Positions 28,095-37,315 of a DNA stretch of 64,000 bases are shown here, in pieces. How positions within the stretch are numbered: the first letter of the stretch is position 1; every line of letters begins with the position of its first letter. The notes beneath the pieces are model-generated. The model worked only from the letters and a program-made list of their open reading frames with translations. It was not told the DNA's origin and ran no database searches. The position numbers and the translations under genes are program-made. The DNA is from an uncultured Chloroflexia bacterium (GTDB taxonomy: Bacteria; Chloroflexota; Limnocylindria; Limnocylindrales; CSP1-4), in NCBI GenBank assembly GCA_963713975.1, contig OY970218.1, positions 160,001 through 224,000 of the forward strand, in the 5' to 3' direction.

Positions 28095-28967
28095 ATGGAG
28101 TTCATCACCCAATCCCTCGTCATCGGGCTCACCGAGAACGCGCCCCTGGTCCTCGCCGCGATCGGCTTCGCCCTGCTGTACCGCCTCACCGGGCTCATCA
28201 ACGTCGCCTACGCGGAGACCATCACGCTCGGGGCCTACTTCGGGATGTGGATCAACACCACGTACGGCCTCGACTTCTACGCCGTCCTGATCCCGACCGG
28301 GCTCCTGGCGGGTACGCTCAGCGTCATCACGTACCTGGCAATCTTCCGACCGGCGAAACGCCGCAACGTGGGCGGTCTCGAGATGATCATCATCTCCTTC
28401 GGGCTGGCCATCTTCCTGCGCCACGGGCTGCAGTTCGTGTTCGGCTACCCGCAGCGGTTCTATGACGTCCCACCGCCGGACACGATCATGATCCTGGGGG
28501 TCGGCGCGACGTCGTTCCGCATGGTCGCCCTCGCGAGCGTCGCGGCACTCTCGCTCGTGCTGTACCTGTTCATCCAGCGAACCAGCTACGGCCTCAAGGT
28601 ACGGGCCCTGGCCAGCGACGAGGACCTGGCTCGGGTCAGCGGGATCCGGCCCCTCGTCGTCACCGTGATGATCTGGTTCATCGCCGGCGTCGCCGGCGGA
28701 TTGGCCGGCGCGTTCTATGGAGTTGGTTCGGCCGTCTCACCGCTGCTCGGCTCGCGCCAGTTCCTGCTCATCCTGATGGTGGCTCTCGTGGGAGGTAGCT
28801 GGGGGCTTGGCGGCGTCATCCTCGTCGGGGTGGGCACCGGAGTGGCGCTGGTCGCCATGGCGCTCCAGTTCGACCAGGTCCTGTATGCGCAGCTGGTACT
28901 GATCGTCGCCTTCGTCATCGTCCTGAAGCTGCGCGGCACGCGGCTCACCGAGAAGGCAAAGGTGTAG
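28095..28967 (+). CDS. Branched-chain amino acid-type ABC permease (LivH-like)
   Basis: Motifs LAAIGFALLY..GLINVAY and RTSYGLKVRALASD..ARVSGI. Confidence 0.88.
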   Translation: MEFITQSLVIGLTENAPLVLAAIGFALLYRLTGLINVAYAETITLGAYFGMWINTTYGLDFYAVLIPTGLLAGTLSVITYLAIFRPAKRRNVGGLEMIIISFGLAIFLRHGLQFVFGYPQRFYDVPPPDTIMILGVGATSFRMVALASVAALSLVLYLFIQRTSYGLKVRALASDEDLARVSGIRPLVVTVMIWFIAGVAGGLAGAFYGVGSAVSPLLGSRQFLLILMVALVGGSWGLGGVILVGVGTGVALVAMALQFDQVLYAQLVLIVAFVIVLKLRGTRLTEKAKV

Positions 28968-28971
28968 CGCG

Positions 28972-29922
28972 ATGACGCTTGACTGGCTCGACGCCTTCCT
29001 GATCACCGGGCTCTTCCAGGTCGTGATGGTGACCGGCCTCGCGTTGCTGCTCCACCTCCAGCTGGGACTCACACGGATCGCCAACTTCGGCGTGGTCGGC
29101 TTCTGGGGCATCGGGATGTACGTCTTCGGCGTCCTGTACGTTCAGGTCGACTGGCCGTTCGGGGACCCTTGGCTGTTCCTCGCCTGCGCCGCCGCCGCCA
29201 CGCTGGTCACGGGTGCAGCCGGGCTCCTCGTCGGATGGCTGGTCTCCGATCTGGACACGGACGGCGTGCTGGTGGGCACGCTCGGCTTCGCCACCGCCGT
29301 CCAGATCCTGGCGACCACCCAGGACGACATCACCGGTGGTGCCCGGGGCATGGGAGGGCTCGCCTTCCCCTTCGACATCGGCAAGGTGAAGGAAAACGAG
29401 TTCCTGTGGCTGGTGATCACGGCCGTCGTCGTCGCCGCGATCCTGTTCTTCGTCTGGCGGGTCCACCGCTCGCCCTATGGACGCCTCCTCATCGCCGTGG
29501 GCGGCAACGAGCCGCTGGCGCGCAGCCTTGGGAAGTCGACCTTCCGCACCAAGCTCGGGCTGTTCGCCATCACGTCGGCTGGCATGGGACTACTCGGTGC
29601 GATGAACGGAGTGATGGTGCGCTACCTGGACATCGGCAGCCTCGGGATCGGCATCACCCTCGCCGCGATGGCAGGGCTGATCCTGGGCGGCACGGCGCGA
29701 GTCTGGGGCGCGGTCGTCGGGGTGATCCTCACGGTTGGCCTGTTCGACATCGTGATCCAGTCCTACGTGCCGTTCCCCCGGGAGTGGTACACGCAGGCGA
29801 TCCCCGTGCTCAGGGAGGCCGTGTTCGGCCTGACACTGATCCTCGTCCTGATGTTCCGACCGTTGGGCATCCTGGGCGACATGCGGCGCGACAAGATGAT
29901 GGAAAAGCTCCATGGTCGCTGA
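28972..29922 (+). CDS. Branched-chain amino acid-type ABC permease (LivM-like)
   Basis: Motifs ITGGARG, RSPYGRLL...ARSLG, MFRPLGILG. Confidence 0.88.
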   Translation: MTLDWLDAFLITGLFQVVMVTGLALLLHLQLGLTRIANFGVVGFWGIGMYVFGVLYVQVDWPFGDPWLFLACAAAATLVTGAAGLLVGWLVSDLDTDGVLVGTLGFATAVQILATTQDDITGGARGMGGLAFPFDIGKVKENEFLWLVITAVVVAAILFFVWRVHRSPYGRLLIAVGGNEPLARSLGKSTFRTKLGLFAITSAGMGLLGAMNGVMVRYLDIGSLGIGITLAAMAGLILGGTARVWGAVVGVILTVGLFDIVIQSYVPFPREWYTQAIPVLREAVFGLTLILVLMFRPLGILGDMRRDKMMEKLHGR

Positions 29923-30706
29923 CGTCGTCGATACCGTGGCCGTGACCCGCGCCCGGATCCGGATCCAGGGCGCGGTCAAGAGCTTCTCAGGCAGGGTTGT
30001 CGTGGATGTCGACGACGTCCTTCTGGGCGAGCGGCCGATCGGGGGCTTGATCGGCCCCAATGGCGCCGGCAAGACAACGCTGATGCGCATGATCATGCGC
30101 TCCACGCCGCTCGATCGCGGCCGGATCACCCTCCTCCCACCGAGTGGCCAGGAGGTGGTGCTGTCGAGCCTGCCGGCACACCGGCACGCGGACCACGGCG
30201 TCGTGAAGTCCAACCAGGTGATCATGGACTTCGAGAAGCTCACGATCTGGGACTCGCTGCTGCTGGCCGTGGCCGAGGCGAGGTACGAGCAGCCCCACCG
30301 GATCTTCAGCGAGCGAAAGGTCTTCAAGCAGCACGAGGACGAGATCCGGCACTATCTGGACTACTTCGGGTTCGCCGACCCGACGGCGTTCGCGCTGTCG
30401 GCCGGCGAGAAGAAGCTCCTCGACATCGTGCGCTGCCTGCTCCTGAAGCCGGCCTTCCTGCTGCTCGACGAGCCGACGGCGGGCCTTCCCGACGACCTGA
30501 CCGAGAAGGTCATGACCGTGGTCCGGGACCTCGCGGCCGCCGGCACCTCGGTCGTCATCGTGGAGCACGACCTCAACCTCATCTGGAACCTCTGCGACGA
30601 GGTCCTGTTCATGGCCGAGGGGAGCGTCATCTTGCGGGGCGACCCACAGGACATCCGCGAGCACCGGACCGTCGTTGAGAAGTACCTGGGCGAGGGCCAT
30701 GTCTGA
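29912..30706 (+). CDS. ABC transporter ATP-binding protein (LivG-like)
   Basis: Motifs GPNGAGKTT, LSAGE, LLLDEPTAG, IVEHD, VVEKYLG. Confidence 0.9.
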   Translation: MVADVVDTVAVTRARIRIQGAVKSFSGRVVVDVDDVLLGERPIGGLIGPNGAGKTTLMRMIMRSTPLDRGRITLLPPSGQEVVLSSLPAHRHADHGVVKSNQVIMDFEKLTIWDSLLLAVAEARYEQPHRIFSERKVFKQHEDEIRHYLDYFGFADPTAFALSAGEKKLLDIVRCLLLKPAFLLLDEPTAGLPDDLTEKVMTVVRDLAAAGTSVVIVEHDLNLIWNLCDEVLFMAEGSVILRGDPQDIREHRTVVEKYLGEGHV

Positions 30707-31415
30707 GACATCCGGATCCGTCATGCTTCAGGTCGAGGGGCTGCGCAGCGGCTACCACGGGGTTACCGTCCTCAAGGGGCTCGACTTCACGGTCGGCAAC
30801 GAGATCTTTACCGTGCTGGGCGCCAACGGGGCGGGCAAGACGACGCTGCTTGCGACCCTGGCGCGCCTGATCCCCCTCATGGCGGGGGGGATCCGGTTCC
30901 AGGGTGCGGACGTGTCGTCCCTGCGCCCGTACGAAACCGCCGGCCGGGGGATCGGATATGTGCCCCAGGAGAAGGGCGTCTTCGCCGACCTGACCGTCGT
31001 CGAGAACCTCACCGTGGGGGGAATGATCGGCAAGCGCTCCCGCGAGGAGCGGATGGCCGAGGTGTTCGACCTGTTCCCGGACCTGCAGGCCCTCCGGGCA
31101 CAGAAGGCGGGGACCCTCAGCGGCGGCGAGTCGCGCATGGTGGCCTGCGGGCGGGCCCTGATGCAGGACCCCAAGATGCTGCTCCTTGATGAGCCCACGG
31201 CTGGCCTCTCCCCGCTCTACGTGGACCTGTTCTTCGACAAGATCAAGGAGATCCACGAGACCAAAGGGGTCGCGATCGTCCTCGCCGAGCAGAACGCCAC
31301 CAAGGCGCTCCAGGTCGCCGACCGGGTGATGGTACTCAGCCTCGGCCAGGCATCCGCCGTGGTGGACGCCGCAGAGATGACCACGCAACAACTCAAGGAG
31401 GGCTACCGGATCTGA
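30699..31415 (+). CDS. ABC transporter ATP-binding protein (LivF-like)
   Basis: Motifs GANGAGKTT, AGTLSGGE, LLLDEPTAGLSP, AEQN. Confidence 0.9.
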   Translation: MSETSGSVMLQVEGLRSGYHGVTVLKGLDFTVGNEIFTVLGANGAGKTTLLATLARLIPLMAGGIRFQGADVSSLRPYETAGRGIGYVPQEKGVFADLTVVENLTVGGMIGKRSREERMAEVFDLFPDLQALRAQKAGTLSGGESRMVACGRALMQDPKMLLLDEPTAGLSPLYVDLFFDKIKEIHETKGVAIVLAEQNATKALQVADRVMVLSLGQASAVVDAAEMTTQQLKEGYRI

Positions 31416-31452
31416 GACCCATCCTTCAGGGTAGGACACAGGAGGAGATGCA

Positions 31453-32856
31453 ATGAGGGTCATTGGCACCACGGCGGGCCGAACCGTCGTTTCCATCGCC
31501 GCACTCGCGCTGCTCGTGTCAGCGTGCAACAACGGTGGTGCCGCAACCGCGGCACCCGCGGAGTCAGCCGCGGCGCCGGGCGCCGAATCGGCGGCTCCGA
31601 GCGCGGCGGCCGAGTCGCCCGCCGCGGGACCGGTGACGGTCTGCGAGCTTGCCTACTACACCGGTGCGTTTGCCGCGTACGGTCCGGCGCTCACCAACGA
31701 CGTTCGCTTCCCGATCGAAGAGGTCATCAATCTCGACCCGCCGCTCGGACGCACCTGGGAGCTGGTCTCCGAGGACATCGGCGACGACCATGAGGGCCAG
31801 GCAGCCAAGATCTGCCTCGAGCAGCACAAGGCCGAGATCGTGGTGAGCATCGCCCACCAGTACCGGACCTACCGCGACTACATGATGGAGTGGTGGCAGG
31901 AGAACGACTCACCGCTCGGGCCGTCGGTCCACGGCGGCGCCATCCCCGGCAACCTCGGCGGCAAGGGCGAGGAGCCGATCTTCCGGGCCCAGGGCCTTGA
32001 CGAGGCTCTTGGAACCTACGGGAGCCTGTACGCCTCCGAGCAGGGCCTCAAGAAGATCGTGATCTTCGCCACGCAGGTCGAAGGCTTCCAGCTGGCTGCC
32101 GACGCGGCCGAGGAGGCCGCCGGTCTCCTGGGGCTCGACGTGCTGGCCCGCCTTGACGTGCAGCCGTCGCAGCCCTCCTACCGCGCGGAAGCCCAGAAGA
32201 TCGCCGACCTCAAGCCCGACGCGGTCATCGTCCAGGCCGGCTCTGTCGAGTCTGCCGCGATCATCAAGGGTGCCGCCGAAGCCGGCCTGTCGCTCAACTG
32301 GATCGGTGAGACCGGGTGGGCAGAGGCCGAGTTCATCGGGACGCTCGGAACCGATCCGATCGCCTCGCAGAAGGGCATCGGCTTCCCTTCCTTCGCACCC
32401 GACAAGTCAACCCCGGCCTGGGAGTTCTTCCAGCCGCTGTGGGACGCACAGGCCGACAAGGCCTACGACGCAACCGGCCAGTACGCGTTCTCGACCTATG
32501 ACCTCATGGTCCAGACGGCCTTGGCCGTCGAGGCCGCGGGCTCGTACAAGGCAAGCGACTGGGCGAAGGCTATGTTCGAGGTCGGCGAGAGCGGCGAGGT
32601 GTGCTACACGTACGCCGACTGCATCAAGCTGATCCGTGAAGGCAAGGACATCGACTACGAGGGCGTGACCGGCCCCGGGCTGTACACGGACGGCGGCGTC
32701 AATGCCGTGACCCCCGCGTACATGCCGTTCGCCGCGGACGGGACCACCGGCGAGCCGGTGCTCCTCGATGCCGAGAAGGGACTCGAGATCCTCGACCAGG
32801 TCGTGACCAAGGCGACCTGCGACCCGGAGAACCCGCCCAACGAGTGCAAGTGGTAG
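31453..32856 (+). CDS. ABC substrate-binding lipoprotein (PBP1/LivK-like)
   Basis: Lipobox VSAC, Ala/Pro/Ser linker, PSYRAE, IDYEGVTG. Last gene of the Liv-type operon. Confidence 0.85.
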   Translation: MRVIGTTAGRTVVSIAALALLVSACNNGGAATAAPAESAAAPGAESAAPSAAAESPAAGPVTVCELAYYTGAFAAYGPALTNDVRFPIEEVINLDPPLGRTWELVSEDIGDDHEGQAAKICLEQHKAEIVVSIAHQYRTYRDYMMEWWQENDSPLGPSVHGGAIPGNLGGKGEEPIFRAQGLDEALGTYGSLYASEQGLKKIVIFATQVEGFQLAADAAEEAAGLLGLDVLARLDVQPSQPSYRAEAQKIADLKPDAVIVQAGSVESAAIIKGAAEAGLSLNWIGETGWAEAEFIGTLGTDPIASQKGIGFPSFAPDKSTPAWEFFQPLWDAQADKAYDATGQYAFSTYDLMVQTALAVEAAGSYKASDWAKAMFEVGESGEVCYTYADCIKLIREGKDIDYEGVTGPGLYTDGGVNAVTPAYMPFAADGTTGEPVLLDAEKGLEILDQVVTKATCDPENPPNECKW

Positions 32857-32883
32857 CCGCCTGACCCCGTCAGACGCGGCCCA

Positions 32884-32920
32884 GGGGGCCCTCACGCCGA
32901 CAGGCGGAGGGCCCCCTTTC
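32884..32920 (+). terminator. Rho-independent terminator-like hairpin
   Basis: GGGGGCCCTC(A)CGCC-GACA-GGCGGAGGGCCCCC followed by TTT, just after the SBP stop. Confidence 0.7.
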
Positions 32921-33003
32921 CGCGCCCGGCAAATCGCATTGCCCGCGATTGGCCGAGGCCACGGCAGATCCGGCCCGAATCCCTCGAAGTTCCCGGTTCC
33001 GCC

Positions 33004-33047
33004 TTGACCCTGCCGTCGCCGACCCGTATTATCGATTATCGATTGTC
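33004..33047 (+). promoter_or_regulatory. Sigma70-like promoter with TCGATTATCGA operator, upstream of cupin-transketolase
   Basis: TTGACC (33004)-17 nt-TATTAT (33027). ATCGATTATCGATTGTC (33031-33047) overlaps the -10. Confidence 0.75.
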
Positions 33048-33093
33048 ATCGCTGGTGTCGACTCCAGCGGCCCGCACGCCAGAGGTGCGCATC

Positions 33094-33462
33094 ATGATCA
33101 AGCGGATCGCCCGCGAGGACGCGGAGATCGTCCCCCTCCCCGGCAGGACCTGGCACTCGTACTTCGGTCCCAAGGATGACGTCTCGAGCCTGATCTCCCT
33201 GGGTGTCTCGCTGTTTCCCCCGGGCTCCCGGCCCGAGGGACACGTCCATCTCGCCGAGGAGGAGACGATCTACTGTGCCGCCGGCCGCGGCCGCATCGTG
33301 ACCCCGGATGCCGTCGCCGAGGTCTGGCCTGGCGTCGTCGTGCACGTGTCGCCGGGTACTCCCCACGCCACCGAGTCGGACGGCCCCGAGATGCTCGAGC
33401 TCATCTGCATCTTCACACCGCCGGTGGTCTCCGGGTCGTACGAGAAGAAGGATCCGCAATGA
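33094..33462 (+). CDS. Cupin domain protein
   Basis: Metal-binding cupin motifs HVHLAEEETIY and PGTPH. Confidence 0.85.
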   Translation: MIKRIAREDAEIVPLPGRTWHSYFGPKDDVSSLISLGVSLFPPGSRPEGHVHLAEEETIYCAAGRGRIVTPDAVAEVWPGVVVHVSPGTPHATESDGPEMLELICIFTPPVVSGSYEKKDPQ

Positions 33463-34355
33463 GCGCGATGACGATCGAGCCCTCCGCAGCACCCGCGGAT
33501 CTCGACGGGCTGCGAGAGGCCGCCCGCAGGATTCGGGTCGAGGTCATCCGGGCGGTCTACCACGCCCGGGCCGGCCATCTTGGCGGCCCGCTCTCCGCCG
33601 CCGACTTCCTCGCGGCCCTCTACTTCCATGAGCTCCGGATCCGGCCCGACGAGCCGTCGTGGTCAGACCGCGACCGTTTCGTCCTGTCCAAGGGACACTC
33701 CTCTATCGGCCTGTACGCGGCGATGGCGCTGCGTGGCTACTTCCCGATCCCCGAGCTGCTCACCTTCGACGGCGCCCACTCACGGCTCCAGGGCCACCCG
33801 GATATGACCCGGTTGCCGGGCCTGGACATGTCGACGGGCTCGCTCGGGATGGGCATCTCGGCGGCGATGGGGATGGCGCTCGGCGCCCGCCTGACGGGCA
33901 AGGACGTCCGCGCCTTCGTGATGCTGGGCGACGGCGAGTGCCAGGAGGGCGAGGTCTGGGAGGCAGCCAACGCCGCGCCCCACTACGGGCTCGACAACCT
34001 GGTTGCGATCATCGACCACAACAAGCTCCAGCAGTACGGCTGGCCGGGCGACGGGCCCGACGGCCGCATCGCGCCGCAGGGGGCCGGAGAGATGGTGGCC
34101 AAGTGGACTGCCTTCGGCTGGCGCGTGATCGAGGTGGACGGCCACGACATGGCTGCCATCGTCGACGTCCTGGGCCAGATTCGCGTCGGGGACGGCCGTC
34201 CCGTGGCGATCGTGTCCAACACCGTCAAGGGCAAGGGCGTGTCCTACATGGAGGGTCGCTACTACTGGCACACCCGCGCGATCACACCCGAGGAGTACGC
34301 CATCGCGATGCGCGACCTGGGCGAGCCGGAGCCGGCGGAAGGAGCAGCGCGATGA
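33459..34355 (+). CDS. Transketolase, N-terminal (TPP-binding) subunit
   Basis: Motifs GHLGG, DRFVLSKGH, LQGHP, STGSLG, GDGECQEG, DGHD, TVKGKG. Confidence 0.93.
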   Translation: MSAMTIEPSAAPADLDGLREAARRIRVEVIRAVYHARAGHLGGPLSAADFLAALYFHELRIRPDEPSWSDRDRFVLSKGHSSIGLYAAMALRGYFPIPELLTFDGAHSRLQGHPDMTRLPGLDMSTGSLGMGISAAMGMALGARLTGKDVRAFVMLGDGECQEGEVWEAANAAPHYGLDNLVAIIDHNKLQQYGWPGDGPDGRIAPQGAGEMVAKWTAFGWRVIEVDGHDMAAIVDVLGQIRVGDGRPVAIVSNTVKGKGVSYMEGRYYWHTRAITPEEYAIAMRDLGEPEPAEGAAR

Positions 34356-35296
34356 CGCTCGAGATGGGCCGTCCCCAGCGCGTGATCTTTGGCGAGACGG
34401 TCGCCGACCTGGCGGCAACCGACCCGCGGGTCTACGTCCTGGACGGGGACGTCGGCTCGTCAACCCGTGCCGACATCGTGGAGAAGGCCCACCCGGACCG
34501 GTACCTGCAGATGGGGATCGCCGAGCAGAACATGCTGGGCGTGGCCGCCGGGATGGCGACGATGGGGCTGGTGCCGTTCATCAGCACCTTCGTGTCGTTT
34601 GCCGTGGTGCGACCGCTGGACCAGGTCCGGGTGCTGATCGCCCAGACCGGCGCCAACGTGAAGATCACGCCGAGCTACGGCGGACTGTTCACCGGCCAGA
34701 CCGGGATGAGCCACATCATCGTGGACGACTACGCGATCATGCGCGCGATGCCGGGCATGGTGACGGTGTCGCCATGCGATGACACCGAGGCCGCCGAGGC
34801 GCTCCGCTGGGCGGCCGCGTTCGAGGGCCCGTGCTACATCCGGCTCGGCCGCGACGCCACGCCCCGCGTGTTCGGCGAGGACCATACGTTCGTGATGGGC
34901 AAGGCAGAGATCGTCCGCGAGGGCGGCGACGTGACGCTGGTCTCCACGGGCGCCCAGACGGCCCGGACCCTCCAGGCCGCGGATCTCCTCGCTGCCGGAG
35001 GCATCGAGGCCCACGTGCTCCACGTGGCCACGCTCAAGCCGCTCGACGTGGAGGCGATCGTCGCCGCCGCGGAGCACACGGGGCGTGTGATCACGGTCGA
35101 GGAGGGCACGGTGATCGGTGGGCTCGGCTCCGCCGTGACCGAGGCGCTCGGGGAGCACCGGCCCACGCGGGTCCACCGGATCGGCCTGCAGGACGTGTTC
35201 GTGCAGTCCGGCCCGAACGACGCGCTGCTCGACATCTACGGGCTATCGGCGGCGCGCGTCGCGGAGCAGGTCCAGGCGATCCTCGCAGGTTCGTGA
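34352..35296 (+). CDS. Transketolase, C-terminal (pyrimidine-binding) subunit
   Basis: Motifs MGIAEQN, GMSH, YIRLGR, TLKPLD, GGLGSAV. Confidence 0.92.
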   Translation: MTLEMGRPQRVIFGETVADLAATDPRVYVLDGDVGSSTRADIVEKAHPDRYLQMGIAEQNMLGVAAGMATMGLVPFISTFVSFAVVRPLDQVRVLIAQTGANVKITPSYGGLFTGQTGMSHIIVDDYAIMRAMPGMVTVSPCDDTEAAEALRWAAAFEGPCYIRLGRDATPRVFGEDHTFVMGKAEIVREGGDVTLVSTGAQTARTLQAADLLAAGGIEAHVLHVATLKPLDVEAIVAAAEHTGRVITVEEGTVIGGLGSAVTEALGEHRPTRVHRIGLQDVFVQSGPNDALLDIYGLSAARVAEQVQAILAGS

Positions 35297-35305
35297 GCGG
35301 ACCCG

Positions 35306-35977
35306 TCAGCGGGTGGCCCGACGCTCGAGCCACCCGCTCGCAAGATGCTCCGAGGCCTCGCTGAAGTGACGCCGCAGCGCCGCCTCGACGGCCACGGCAT
35401 CGCGCGCCTGGAGCGCGCGCAGGATCGGCGGGTGGAGGGCCGCCGTCCACTCGGCGTCGGCCCCGGGGGAGACGAGCGTGATATAGGTCCTCGAGAAGGG
35501 CTGCAGGGCGTTCCACACCCGCTCCAGGGTGGCGTTGTGGGCGAGGTGCATCAGGCAGGCGTGGAACGCCGCGTCCTTGACTGCGACCTCGTGCCGGTCC
35601 CCTGCCAGGGCGGCCCGCTGCATCGCCTCGTGGAGCGTCTCCAGCTCGGCCAGGTCAGCATCGGTCATCGACGGGACGGCGAGCCGCGCGCCCAGCGACT
35701 CGAGCTCGGCACGAACCGCGTACGCCTCCAGCAGCTCCTCGAGGGTCGGGCGCTTGACCCTCGCGCCGCGGAACGGAAGGATCTCGACCACACCCAGCGC
35801 CTCGAGCCCCCGCAGTGCCTCGCGGATCGGCGCCTGGCTCGTCCCGAACTCGCGGGCGACGCGGGTCTCCACGATCCTCGTGTCGGGTGGATACCTTCCC
35901 GAGAGGATGGCCTGCAGCAGGCGGTCTTTCACCTGGTCGGCAAGGACGCTGCGCGAGATGGAGCCGGCGTCGGTCAT
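35306..35977 (-). CDS. GntR-family (FadR/FCD) transcriptional regulator 2
   Basis: Close paralog of 24173-24910 (ISRSVL.D.VKDRLL, AREFGTSQAP.REAL, SRTYIT). Confidence 0.93.
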   Translation of the reverse strand: MTDAGSISRSVLADQVKDRLLQAILSGRYPPDTRIVETRVAREFGTSQAPIREALRGLEALGVVEILPFRGARVKRPTLEELLEAYAVRAELESLGARLAVPSMTDADLAELETLHEAMQRAALAGDRHEVAVKDAAFHACLMHLAHNATLERVWNALQPFSRTYITLVSPGADAEWTAALHPPILRALQARDAVAVEAALRRHFSEASEHLASGWLERRATR

Positions 35978-36080
35978 CGGGGTCCCTTGGGCATTGGGCA
36001 ACTCGAAGTCTAGCGCGACGATCGCGCTTCCCACTGCTGCGGCCGCGCATGCCGCCGATCACATGCCGGAGGAGGCTCGC

Positions 36081-37292
36081 ATGCCAGGCACGATCCTCGT
36101 CATCGGGACGCTCGACACGAAGGCCGAGGAGTTCGCCTACATCCGTGACCTCATCGTAGCGCGGGGCCATGACGTCCTCCTGCTCGATGCCGGCGTCGGA
36201 GAGCCGCTGCTCGTCCCCGACGTCGGTGCGGGCCGTGTCGCGGAGGCGGGCGGCGGCTCGATCGAGGACCTGCGGGCCACCCACGACCGGGCCACCGCGC
36301 TCGAGGTCATGTGCAATGGGGCGAGGGTCGTGGCCCTGGAGCTGCTGGCCGATGGCCGGTTTGACGGCGTGATCGGCATGGGCGGTTCGGGCGGGACGGC
36401 GATCGGGACCGCCGCCATGAAGGCGCTGCCCATCGGGTTGCCCAAGGTCATGGTCTCGACCATGGCCTCCGGCGATGTCTCCGGGTACGTGGACGTCAGG
36501 GACATCACGATGATGTACTCGGTCGTCGATTTCGCCGGGCTGAACCGCCTGTCGCGGCGGATCCTCGCCAATGCCGCGGGCGCCGTCTGCGGGATGGTGG
36601 AGCAGGAGATCCCGCCGGCTGCCGAGCGACCGCTGCTCGGGGCGACGATGTTCGGCGTCACGACCCCTTGTGTCACGCGGATCCGGGAGGCCCTCGAGGG
36701 CGCCGGCTACGAGGTCCTCGTATTCCATGCCACCGGCAGTGGTGGGCGCGCAATGGAGGCCCTGATCGCCGACGGCTTCATCGCCGGCGTCGCCGATGTC
36801 ACCACCACGGAGTGGTGTGACGAGGTGGTTGGGGGCGTGCTGTCCGCCGGACCGGACCGCCTGGGGGCGGCCGCCAGGGCCGGGATCCCCCAAGTCGTCT
36901 CGGTTGGCGCGCTCGACATGGTCAACTTCGGCGCGGCCGACACCGTGCCACCGCGGTTCCAGGACCGAAACCTCTACCGGCACAACCCCCAGGTCACGCT
37001 GATGCGGACGACACCCGGGGAGTGCGCCGAGATCGGCCGCGCGATCGCGGCCAGGCTGAACGCCGCCACCGGCCCGACCACCCTGTTCCTGCCGCTGCGG
37101 GGCGTGAGCATGATCGACGCCGAGGGGATGCCGTTCTGGTCGCCCGGGGCCGATGCCGCCCTGTTCGACGCCATCCACGCCACCATCGACCCAACGCGTG
37201 TCGAGCTGGTCGAGCTCGACCTGCACATCAATGACCCGGCATTCGCCGATGCCATGGCCGATCGCCTCCTGGCGATGCTGGCAGCGCGCTGA
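36081..37292 (+). CDS. Tm-1-like ATP-binding domain protein (UPF0261)
   Basis: Motifs [52 protein letters not shown]. Confidence 0.9.
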   Translation: MPGTILVIGTLDTKAEEFAYIRDLIVARGHDVLLLDAGVGEPLLVPDVGAGRVAEAGGGSIEDLRATHDRATALEVMCNGARVVALELLADGRFDGVIGMGGSGGTAIGTAAMKALPIGLPKVMVSTMASGDVSGYVDVRDITMMYSVVDFAGLNRLSRRILANAAGAVCGMVEQEIPPAAERPLLGATMFGVTTPCVTRIREALEGAGYEVLVFHATGSGGRAMEALIADGFIAGVADVTTTEWCDEVVGGVLSAGPDRLGAAARAGIPQVVSVGALDMVNFGAADTVPPRFQDRNLYRHNPQVTLMRTTPGECAEIGRAIAARLNAATGPTTLFLPLRGVSMIDAEGMPFWSPGADAALFDAIHATIDPTRVELVELDLHINDPAFADAMADRLLAMLAAR

Positions 37293-37315
37293 CCGACCCC
37301 GAAAGGAGCTCACCC

